Origin: Eledone cirrhosa
Lineage: Eukaryota
DNA: 64,000 bases
Direction: 5' to 3'
NCBI GenBank assembly: GCA_964016885.1
Contig: OZ024743.1
Location: forward strand, 212,722,001 to 212,786,000
Position numbers and translations under genes: made by a program
The notes under the pieces: generated by a model
Told to the model about the DNA's origin: nothing
What the model saw: only the letters and a program-made list of their open reading frames with translations
Databases searched by the model: none
Part shown: one piece after another, positions 24,045 to 35,497 of the stretch
Numbering within the stretch: position 1 is the first letter of the stretch
How the letters are laid out: every line of letters begins with the position of its first letter

Positions 24045-26209
24045 ATGTTTCTTTTATTTGCCACCAGGGCATCAAAAGTGGGACAAGTACAATGGGGGGA
24101 GTTTACAAAACAAGGCGTCCTCAATAGGGAGGAGGCAATAACTATATATAAAAAAAAAATAAAATATAACAAAAAATAGAATTATAACAAAATCCTCATA
24201 GAGGATTTTGTTATAAAATATAACAAAAAATAAAATTTATAACAAAATCCTCAATAAAGAGGAGGCGCCTTGGGGGGTCGCACACACCCCCGAAAAAGGT
24301 GTGCAACCCTTTTCCTCAGGAGCACAGAGAGGGGGTGCTCCCTCGTTCCTTCCTCTTTTCCACCTACAGGCTTATGTAGAGAGAAGGCCCATTCACACGG
24401 GCCATTCTCGCCACTTTCACCCACCTTTCATAAAAACGACTGGGGTGGAGCACCTCTCTCTCCATCCTGATCCTTCTTCCGAAATGATATCGGAAGAAAC
24501 GGACCAGTTGTTGGCCAGAGAGAAAGGTGCCTGACCTCATTCCTTTCAGACGCGTCCACCATACAACTTCTTTCACCATGGCTATTATGCACAGAAACAC
24601 CGCCTCTCCTTCATCTTTGAAGGGGGGAGGCGGCTTGATCATTACAATAGACTCGGTGGTCAACCGGATCGGTCCCACCCTTGACAGCAGTTGTTCGACA
24701 TAGCCCCACAGATCGGCTACGTCCGAGCAGTGTACCAATTCGTGTGCAACGGTTTCCTCGTCGCACACGCATCTGGGACAGATCTTTTTGGCGGGGTCCC
24801 TACCCGGGCGCTCGTGTCTGTAGAGCTTTTCTCGAACGGGTAGAGCCCCTCTGTAGCACTGCCAGGCCAGGGACTTCTGGAAGTTGTCCATAGGTCCCGG
24901 GCTGAATGTCCTACCGAACAGGCTGGCCAGTTCGTCCTCCTCCATGTCTAGGGCTTCTCCGAGGGCGTCGTCGCACCTGCTGCGTACCAGCCCTCTATAG
25001 AATGTTGCGGTGGAGTCTCCACTGATAACCGGATCCGCCTGCCAGAGGGCGGTGAGCGCCTGGGCACACTCAGTGTTCCAGGCGCCCAGTTTTCTCGGTC
25101 TTTGCTTGACCCAGGATTGCAGCTCGGTGAGTGAGACGAGTCTGGGAAAGGTTCGTCTCACAAACGAGGCCCACACCGGTTGACCGGTGAGGAATACGTA
25201 GAGGTGCCGTAGCCTTAATGCGTGTTTACGCATCATTAGCCACGGCATCCCCAGCCCTCCTTTCGAAGGGTGTTGACAGCAGATGGATCTCCTCACCATA
25301 GGAGCCCGCCTCTTCCAAAGGAATTGGAAGAGCGCGCGCTCCATCTTGGTGAGGGTTTCCCTTGGGCAGGGCACTACGGTCAGGCGGTAGTAGATGACGG
25401 ACGCTATATAGGTGTTCGCCAACTCCGCCCGACCTTTCAGGGATAGTTTGCAACTGGCCCACTTCTGGGTCAGGGCAAACACCCTGTTCGTAACCTCCAC
25501 CCAGTTTTTCTCCTTTCTATTCCTATCCGCAGCTAGAACCTTACTAAATTCTATCGAGACTACTCAAATCTCTCTCTTTAGAGATACCCACCACCTGCTG
25601 TTGACGATCGCTCCAGTCAATCGTTCCTTAACTAACGTACTAATCCGATCCCTATAGGCTCTACTTGCCGGCGAGGACAAGTTGAGCTTCCAGTAACCGG
25701 GGCCCTGTCTATGCATTCTATCAAGGTTGACCATGCAGGTCACCAACTTGTGGTCTAATAGCCAACCATGAGCATTTCTGGACAACTTAAAAAGTCCCTG
25801 TCCTTATTTCTAACTAAAAATCTATCTAGGTACGACCTAGATGATCCGCTGCAATTTGACCAAGACCAGGTTTGCACCGTCGGAAAATCTAGTCGAAATC
25901 TATCGGCCAGGTCAAATCGGCCGAGTAACCCCTTGAGGCTGTTGCACCCCTCTCTATCGGGACATGCCCCTGCATAGTCCCAACGTGCATCCAGGATACC
26001 ATTCCAATCCCCCACTAAAAGCAGGGAACGGGACGTCCCTAGAAAAGACTCCAGACGCTGGAAAAAGTCGGGCCGCTCTGTCCCAAACGGGGCATATGCG
26101 GCTACCAGCCTAAAGGCTCCACCTTCACCACTGCCAAGGTCCAGCACCACCAGTCGACCCCCTGGGTCCAAGGGAACTATCTGTTTGCAAGGCCCATATT
26201 TTTTTTTGC
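24045..26209 (-). mobile_element. Tx1 copy F: 5'-truncated in the APE domain, RT domain internally deleted
   Basis: APE motifs (AAYAP, VGDWNG, GPGYWKLN) joined near 25512 to the post-RT region; open C-terminal ORF 24364-25500; TSD TCTATAGAT (24036-24044 and 26210-26218). Confidence 0.95.
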
Positions 26210-29200
26210 TCTATAGATAGCTGAGACAGTAGAGTGGTCTATAGATGGGTGAGACAGTAGAGCGGTCTATAGAAGGTTGAGACAGTAGAGTTGTCTATAG
26301 ATGGTTGAGACATTAGAGTGGTCTATAGATGGTTGAAGTAGTAGAGTGGTCTATACATGCTCGAGACAATAGAGTGGTATATAGATGGTTGAGATAGTAG
26401 AGTGGTGTATAGATGGTCGAGACAGTGGAGTGGTCTATAGAATGTTGAGACAGTACAGTGGTCTATAGATAGATGAGACAGTAGAGTGGTCTATAGATGG
26501 TTGAAGTAGTAGAGTGGTCTATAGATGGTTGAGACAGTAGAGTGGTCTATAGATGGTTGAGACATTAGAGTGGTCTATAAATAGTTGAGACAGTAGAGTG
26601 ATCTATAGATAGCTGAGACAATAGAGTGGTCTATAGATGCTCGAGAGAATAGAGTGGTATATAGATGGTTGAGACAATAGAGTGGTCTATGGATGGTTGA
26701 GACAGTAGAGTGGTCTATAAATAGTTGAGACAGTAGCGTGGTCTATAGATGGTTGAGACAATAGAGTGGTCTATAGATGGTTGAGACAGTAGAGAGGTCT
26801 ATAATTGGTTGAGACAATATAGTGGTCTATAGATGGTTAAAGTAGTAGAGTGGTCTCTGGATGGTTGAGACAATAGTGTGGTCTATAGATGGTTGAGACA
26901 ATAGAGTGGTCTATAAATGGTTGAGACAATAGAGTGGTCTATATATGGTTGAAGTAGTACAGTGGTCTATAGATGGTTGAGACAATAGAGTGGTATATAG
27001 ATGGTTGAGACAATAGAGTGGTGTATAGATAGATGGTCGAGACAGTGGAGTGGTCTATAGATGGGTGAGACAGTAGAGTGGTCTATAGAAGGTTGAGAAT
27101 AGAGTGGTCTATAGATGGTTGAGACAATACAGTGGTCTATAGATGGTTGAGACAATAGAGTGGTGTATAGATAGATGGTCGAGACAGTGGAGTGGTCTAT
27201 AGATGGTCGAGACAGTGGAGTGGTCTATAGATGGTTGAAGTAGTAGAGTAGTCTATAGATGGTTGAGACACTAGAGTGGTCTATTGATAGCTGAGACAGT
27301 AGAGTGGTCTATAGATGGTTGAGAGAGTAGAGTGGTCTATAGATGGTTGAGACAGTAGAGTGGTCTATAGATGGTTGAAGTAGTAGAGTGGTCTATATAT
27401 GGTTGAGGCAATAGAGTGGTCTGTAGATGGTTGAGACAGTAGAGTTGTCTATAGATGGGTGAGACAGTAGAGTGGTCTATAGAAGGTTGAGAATAGAGTG
27501 GTCTATAGATGGTTGAGACAATACAGTGGTCTATAGATGGTTGAGACAATAGAGTGGTGTATAGATAGAATGGTCGAGACAGTGGAGTGGTCTATAGATG
27601 GTCGAGACAGTGGAGTGGTCTATAGATGGTTGAAGTAGTAGAGTGGTCTATAGATGGTTGAGACACTAGAGTGGTCTATTGATAGCTGAGACAGTAGAGT
27701 GGTCTATAGATGGTTGAGAGAGTAGAGTGGTCTATAGATGGTTGAGACAGTAGAGTGGTCTATAGATGGTTGAAGTAGTAGAGACGTCTATAGATGGTTG
27801 AATTAGTACAGTGGTCTATAGATGGTTGAGACAATAGAGTGGTCTATAGATGGTTGAGACAATAGAGTGGTCTATAAATGGTTGAGACAATAGAGTGGTC
27901 TATAGATGGTCGAGACAGTAAAGTGGTCTATAGATAGTTGACACGATAGAATGGGCAATTGATAACTGAGACAGTAGAGTGGTCTATAGATAGATGAGAC
28001 AGTAGAGTGGTCTATAGATGGCTGAAGTAATAGAGTGGTCTATAGATGGTTGAGACAGAAGAGTGGTCAATAAATAGCTGTGACAGTAGAGTGGTCTATA
28101 GATGGTTGAAGTAGTAGAGTGGTCTATAGATGGTTGAGACAATAGAGTGGTCTATGGATAGTTGAGACAGTAGAGTGGTCTATAAATAGTTGAGACAGTA
28201 GAGTGGTCTATAGTTGGTTGAGACAATATAGTGGTCTATAGATGGTTGAGACAGTAGAGTTGTCTATAGATGATTGAGACAATAGAATGGATCTATAGAT
28301 GGTTGAAGTAGTAGAGTGGTCTATAGATGGTTGAGACAATCGAGTGGTCTATAGATGGTTGAGACAGTAGAGTGGTCTATAGATGGTTGAGACAGTAGAG
28401 TGGTCTATAGATGGTTGAAGTAGTAGAGTGGTCTATAGATGGTTGAGACAATAGAGTGGTCTATAGATGGTTGAGACAGTAGAGTTGTCTATAGATGGGT
28501 GAGACAGTAGAGTGGTCTATAGAAGGTTGAGACAGTAGAGTGGTCTATAGATGGTTGAGACAATACAGTGGTTTATAGATGGTTGAGACGATAGAGTTGT
28601 GTATAGATGGTCGAGACAGTGGAGTGGTCTATAGATGGTCGAGACAGTGGAGTGGTCTATAGATGGTTGAGACAGTAGAGTGGTCTATAGATAGATGAGA
28701 CAGTAGAGTGGTCTATAGATGGTTGAGACAATCGAGTGGTCTATAGATGGTTGAGACAGTAGAGTCGTTTATAGATGGTTGAAGTAGTAGAGTGGTCTAT
28801 AGATGGTTGAGACAGTAGAGTGGTCTATAGATGGTTGAGACAATAGAGTTGTCTATAGATGGTTGAGACGATAGAGTGGTCTATAGATGGTTGAGACAGT
28901 AGAGTGGTCTATAGATGATTGAAGTAGTAGAGTGGTCTATAGATGGTTGAGGCAATAGAGAGGTCTATAGATGGTTGAGATAGTAGAGTTGTCTATAGAT
29001 GGGTGAGACAGTAGAATGGTCTAGAGAAGGTTGAGACAATAGAGTGGTCTATAAATGGTTGAGACAATAGAGTGGTTTATAGATGGTCGAGACAGTGGAG
29101 TGGTCTATAGATGGTTGAAGTAGTAGAGACGTCTATAGATGGTTGAGACAATAGAGTGGTCTATAGATGGTTGAGACAGTAGAGTGGTCTATAGATAGTT

Positions 29201-32200
29201 AAGACAGTAGAGTGGTCTATAGATGGTTGAGATAATAGAGTGGTGTATAGATGGTTGAGACATTAGAGTGGTCTATAGATGGTTGAGACAATAGAGTGGT
29301 CTATGGATGGTCGAGACAGTAGAGTCGTCTATAAATGGTTGAGACTGTAGAGTGGCCTATAGATGGTCGAGACAGTAGAGTGGTCTATAGATTGTTGAGA
29401 CAATAGAGTTGTCTATAGATGGTTGAGACAATAGAGTGGTCTATAGATGGTTGAGACAATAGAGTGGTCTATAAATGGTTGAGACAATAGAGTGGTCTAT
29501 AGATGGTCGAGACAGTAGAGTGGTCTATGGATGTTTGAGACAGGAGAGTGGTCTATAGATGGTTGAGACAGTAGAGTGGTCTCTAGGTGTTTGAAGTAGT
29601 AGTGTATTCTATAGATGTTTGAGACAATAGAGTGGTCTATAGATGTTTGAGACAATAGAGTGGTCTGTAGATGGTTGAAGAAGTAGAGTGGCCTATAGAT
29701 GGTTGAGACAATAGAGTGGTCTATAGATGGTCGACACAGTAGAGTGGTCTATAGATGGTTGAGACAGTGGAGTGGTCTATAGATGGTTGAAGTAGTAGAG
29801 TGGTCTATAGATGGTTGAGGCAATAGACTGGTCTATAGATGGTTGAGATAGTAGAGTTGTCTATAGATGGGTGAGACAGTAGAATGGTCTAGAGAAGGTT
29901 GAGACAATAGAGTGCTCTATAGATGGTTGAAACAATAGAGTGGTCTATAGATGTTTGAGACAATAGAGTGGTCTATAGATGGTTGAAGAAGTAGAGTGGC
30001 CTATAGATGGTTGAGACAATAGAGTGGTCTATAGATGGTCGACACATTAGAGTGGTCTATAGATGGTTGAGACAATTGAGTGGTCTATAGATGGTTGAGA
30101 CAGTGGAGTGGTCTATAGATGGTTGAAGTAGTAGAGTGGTCTATAGATGGTTGAGGCAATAGAGTGGTCTATAGATGGTTGAGATAGTAGAGTTGTCTAT
30201 AGATGGGTGAGACAGTAGAATGGTCTAGAGAAGGTTGAGACAATAGAGTGCTCTATAGATGGTTGAAACAATAGAGTGGTCTATATATGGTTGAGACAAT
30301 AGAGTGGTGTATAGATGGTCGAGACAGTGGAGTGGTCTATAGATGGTTGAAGTAGTAGAGACGTCTATAGATGGTTGAGACAATAGAGTGGTCTATAGAT
30401 GGTTGAATTAGTACGGTTGTCTATATATGATTGAGACAATAGAGTGATCTATAGATGGTTGAGAAAATAGAGTGGTCTATAAATGGTTGAGACAGTAGAG
30501 TGGTCTATAGATGGTTGACACAATAAAATGGTCAATTGATAACTGAGATAGTAGAGTGGTCTATAGATATATGAGACAGTCGGATGGTCTATAGATGGTT
30601 GAAGTAATAGAGTGGTCTATAGATGGTTGAGACAGTACAGTGGTCTATGGATGGTTGAGACAGTAGAGCGGTCTATAAATAGTTGAGACAGTAGAGTGGT
30701 CTATAGATGGTTGAGACAGTAGAGTGGTCTATAGATGGTTGAGACACTAGAGTGGTCTATAGATGGTTGAGACAGTAGAGTGGTCTATAGTTGGTTGAGA
30801 CAATATAGTGGTCTATAGATGGTTAAAGTAGGAGAGTGGTCTATAGATGGTTGAGACAATAGTGTGGTCTATAGTGGTTGAGACAGTAGAGTGGTCTATA
30901 TATGGCTGAGACAATAGAGTGGTCTATAGATGGTTGAGACATTAGAGTGGTCTATAGATGGTTGAGACAATAGAGTGGTCTATAGATATCTGAGACAATA
31001 GAGTGGTCTATGGATGGTTGGGGCAGTAGAGTCGTCTATAAATGGTTGAGACTGTAGAGTGGTCTATAGATGGTTGAAGTAGTAGAGACGTCTATGGATG
31101 GTTGAGACAATAGAGTGGTCTATAGATCGTTGAAGTAGTACCGTGGTCTATAGATGGTTGAGACAATAGAGTGGTCTATAGATGGTTGAGACAATAGAGT
31201 GGTCTATAAATGGTTGAGACAATAGAGTGGTCTATAGATGGTCGAGACAGTAGAGTGGTCTATAGATGTTTGACACAATAGAATGGTCTATTGATAACTG
31301 AGACAGTAGAGTGGTCTATGGATGTTTGAGACAGGAGAGTGGTCTATAGATGGTTGAAGTAGTAAACTGGTCTATAGATGGTTGAGACAGTAGAGTGGTC
31401 TATAGATGGTTGAGACAGTAGAGTGGTCTATAGATGGTTGAGACAGTAGAGTGGTCTCTAGATGTTTGAAGTAGTAGTGTGGTCTATAGATGTTTGAGAC
31501 AATAGAGTGGTCTATAGATGTTTGAGACGATAGAGTGGTCTATAGATGGGTGAAGTAGTAGAGTGGCCTATAGATGGTTGAGACAATAGAGTGGTCTATA
31601 GATGGTTGAGACAATAGAGTGCTCTATAGATGGTCGACACAGTAGAGTGGTCTATAGATGGTTGAGACAATTGAGTGGTCTATAAATGGTTGAGACAATA
31701 GACTGGTCTATATCTGGTTGAGACAATAGAGTGGTCTATAGATGGTTGAGACAATAGAGTGGTCTATAGATGGTTGAGGCAATAGAGTGGTCTATAGATG
31801 GTTGAGACAGTAGAGTGGTCTATAGATGTTTGAGACAATAGAGTGGTCTATAGATGTTTGAGATAATAGAGTGGTCTATAGATGGTTGAAGTAGTAGAGT
31901 GGTCTATAGATGGTTGAGACAATAGAGTGGTCTATAGATGGTTGAGGCAATAGAGTGGTCTATAGATGGTTGAGACAGTAGAGTGGTCTATAGATGGTTG
32001 ACACAATAAAATGGTCAATTGATAACTGAGATAGTAGAGTGGTCTATAGATAGATGAGACAGTCGGGTGGTCTATAGATGGTTGAAGTAATAGTGTGGTC
32101 TATAGATGGTTGAGACAGTACAGTGGTCTATGGATGGTTGAGACAGTAGAGCGGTCTATAAATAGTTGAGACAGTAGAGTGGTCTATAGATGGTTGAGAC

Positions 32201-33258
32201 AGTAGAGTGGTCTATAGATGGTTGAGACACTAGAGTGGTCTATAGATGGTTGAGACAGTAGAGTGGTCTATAGTTGGTTGAGACAATATAGTGGTCTATA
32301 GATGGTTAAAGTAGGAGAGTGGTCTATAGATGGTTGAGACAATAGTGTGGTCTATAGTGGTTGAGACAGTAGAGTGGTCTATATATGACTGAGACAATAG
32401 AGTGGTCTATAGATGGTTGAGACATTAGAGTGGTCTATAGATGGTTGAGACAATAGAGTGGTCTATAGATATCTGAGACAATAGAGTGGTCTATGGATGG
32501 TTGGGGCAGTAGTGTCGTCTATAAATGGTTGAGACTGTAGAGTGGTCTATAGATGGTTGAAGTAGTAGAGACGTCTATGGATGGTTGAGACAATAGAGTG
32601 GTCTATAGATGGTTGAAGTAGTACCGTGGTCTATAGATGGTTGAGACAATAGAGTGGTCTATAGATGGTTGAGACAATAGAGTGGTCTATAAATGGTTGA
32701 GACAATAGAGTGGTCTATAGATTGTCGAGACAGTAGAGTGGTCTATAGATGTTTGACACAATAGAATGGTCTATTGATAACTGAGACAGTAGAGTGGTCT
32801 ATGGATGTTTGAGACAGGAGAGTGGTCTATAGATGGTTGAAGTAGTAAAGTGGTCTATAGATGGTTGAGACAGTAGAGTGGTCTATAGATGGTTGAAACA
32901 GTAGAGTGGTCTATAGATGGTTGAGACAATAGAGTGGTCTATAGATAGATGATACAGTAGAGTGGTTTATAGATGGTTGAAGTAGTAGAGTGGTCTATAG
33001 ATGGTTGAGACACTAGAGTGGTCTATAGATGGTTGAGATAGTAGAGTTGTCTATAGATGGTTGAGACAATAGAGTGGTCTATTGATGGTTGGGATAGTAG
33101 AGTTGTCTATAGATGGGTGAGACAGTAGAATGTTCTATAGAAGGTTGAGACAATGGAGTGCTCTATAGATGGTTGAGACAGTAGAGTGGTCTATAAATGG
33201 TTGAGACAATAGAGTGGTGTATAGATGGTCGAGACAGTGGAGTGGTCTATATATGGTT

Positions 33259-35497
33259 AACGGGAGAATTCCCTGTACTGTGACCAAGGGCGTAGTCACG
33301 CTAGTGAGGAAGGACGAGAACAAGGGGGACGAAATAAGTAACTTCAGGCCCATAACATTGCTAAATACAGAGTTACAGATTTTGCCCAAGGTGCTAGCAC
33401 AGAGGTTGGCGCTTGTCGTGGGCAACCTGGTGGGAGATGCGCAGACATGCGCTATCCCGTCCAGGTCCATCCATGACAACCTCCACCTCATGCGATACAT
33501 CATAGAGAGGGTTGGGAACGAACCCGGCTTTGGTGGGGCTCTGATCAACTTGGATCAATCTAAGGCGTTCGATAGGGTCGACCATGGTTACCTGGATGCG
33601 GTGCTAGCGGCGGCAGGCTTCGGACCCGTTTTCAGGGGCTGGATCACTGCTATGCACAGCAGCCGCATCTGCTCTAGGGTCAAGGTGAACGGCTACCTCT
33701 CGGAGCCGTTCAAAATCGCGCGGTCCATCCGACAAGGGTGCCCTCTCTCCTCCCTTCTGTATGTGTTGACTCTCGAGCCACTACTGCGGAAGTTGGAGTT
33801 GTTGCAGAGCATCCCTTTGGAACCGGGATTGCGGAAAGCGGTGTCGGCCTACGCCGATGACGTGACAGTAATGGTGTCGACGGCCTCCGAAATCGAGGCG
33901 GTCGGCACCTTACTGGAGGAGTACGAAAAGTTCTAAGGGGCTAAGCTGAACCGGGACAAGTCGATCGGTTTGCAACTCGGCACGTGGAGGGGCAGACCGA
34001 TGCCCTCCGATAGCGTCGTCGGACGCTGGACGGAGGGCCCGGTGAAGTTGCTCGGGGTCTGGTTCGGACCGGACCTCCAGGTGGAGAAAAACTGGGCGGA
34101 GGTTACGAACAGGGTGTTTGCACTGACCCAGAAGTGGGCCAGTTGCAAACTATCCCTGAAAGGTCGGGCGGAGGTGGCGAACACCTACATAGCGTCCGTC
34201 ATCTACTACCGCCTGACCGTAGTGCCCTGCCCAAGGGAAACCCTCACCAAGATGGAGCGCGCGCTCTTCCAATTCCTTTGGAAGAGGCGGGCTCCTATGG
34301 TGAGGAGATCCATCTGCTGTCAACACTCTTCGAAAGGAGGGCTGGGGATGCCGTGGCTAATGATGCGTAAACACGCATTAAGGCTACGGCACCTCTACGT
34401 ATTCCTCACCGGACAACCGGTGTGGGCCTCGTTTGTGAGACGAACCTTTCCCAGACTCGTCTCACTCACCGAGCTGCAATCCTGGGTCAAGCAAAGACCG
34501 AGAAAACTGGGCGCCTGGCACACTGAGTGTGCCCAGGCGCTCACCGCCCTCTGGCAGGCGGATCCGGTTATCAGTGGAGACTCCACCGCAACATTCTATA
34601 GAGGGCTGGTACGCAGCAGGTGCGACGACGCCCTCGGAGAAGCCCTAGACATGGAGGAGGACGAACTGGTCAGCCTGTTCGGTAGGACATTCAGCCCGGG
34701 ACCTATGGACAACTTCCAGAAGTCCCTGGCCTGGCAGTGCTACCGAGGGGCTTTACCCGTTCGAGAAAGGCTCTACAGTCACGGGCGCCCGGGTAGGGAC
34801 CCCGCCAAAAAGATCTGTCCCAGATGCGTGTGCGACGAGGAAACCGTTGCACACGCATTGGTACACTGCTCGGGCGTAGCCGATCTGTGGGGCTATGTCG
34901 AACAACTGCTGTCAAGGGTGGGACCGATCCGGTTGACCACCGAGTCTATTGTAATGATCAAGCCGCCTCCCCCCTTCAAAGATGAAGCAGAGGCGGTGTT
35001 TCTGTGCGTAATAGCCATGGCGAAAGAGGTTGTATGGTGGACGCGTCTGAAAGGACTGAGGTCGGGCACCTTTCTCTCTGGCCAACAACTGGTCCGTTTC
35101 TTCCGATATCATTTCGGAAGAAGGATCAGGATAGAGAGAGAGGTGCTGCACCCCAGCCGTTTCTATGAAAGATGGGTGAAAGTGGCGAGAATGGCCCGTG
35201 TGAATGGGCCTTCACTCTACATCAGACTATAGGTGAGGAAGATGAAAGACCAAGGGAGCACGCCTTCTCTGTGCTCCTGAGGAGAAGGGTTGCACACTTT
35301 TTTCGGGGGTGTGTGCGACCCCCCAAGGCGCCTCCTCTCTATTGAGGATTTAGTTAAAAATTTTATTTTTTGTTATATCTTATTTTATTTTTATATTTTG
35401 TTATTGCCTCCTCCTTATTGAGGACGCCTTTTTGTGTAAACTCCCCCCTTTGTACTTGTCCCACTTTTGATGCCCTAGTGGCAAATAAAAGAAATAT
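33259..35497 (+). mobile_element. Tx1 copy G: 5'-truncated, RT plus C-terminus in one frame with a single stop
   Basis: FRPITLLN, KAFDRVDH, RQGCPLS, AYADDV; in-frame TAA at 33934-33936; TSD ATATATGGTT (33249-33258 and 35498-35507). Confidence 0.96.
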
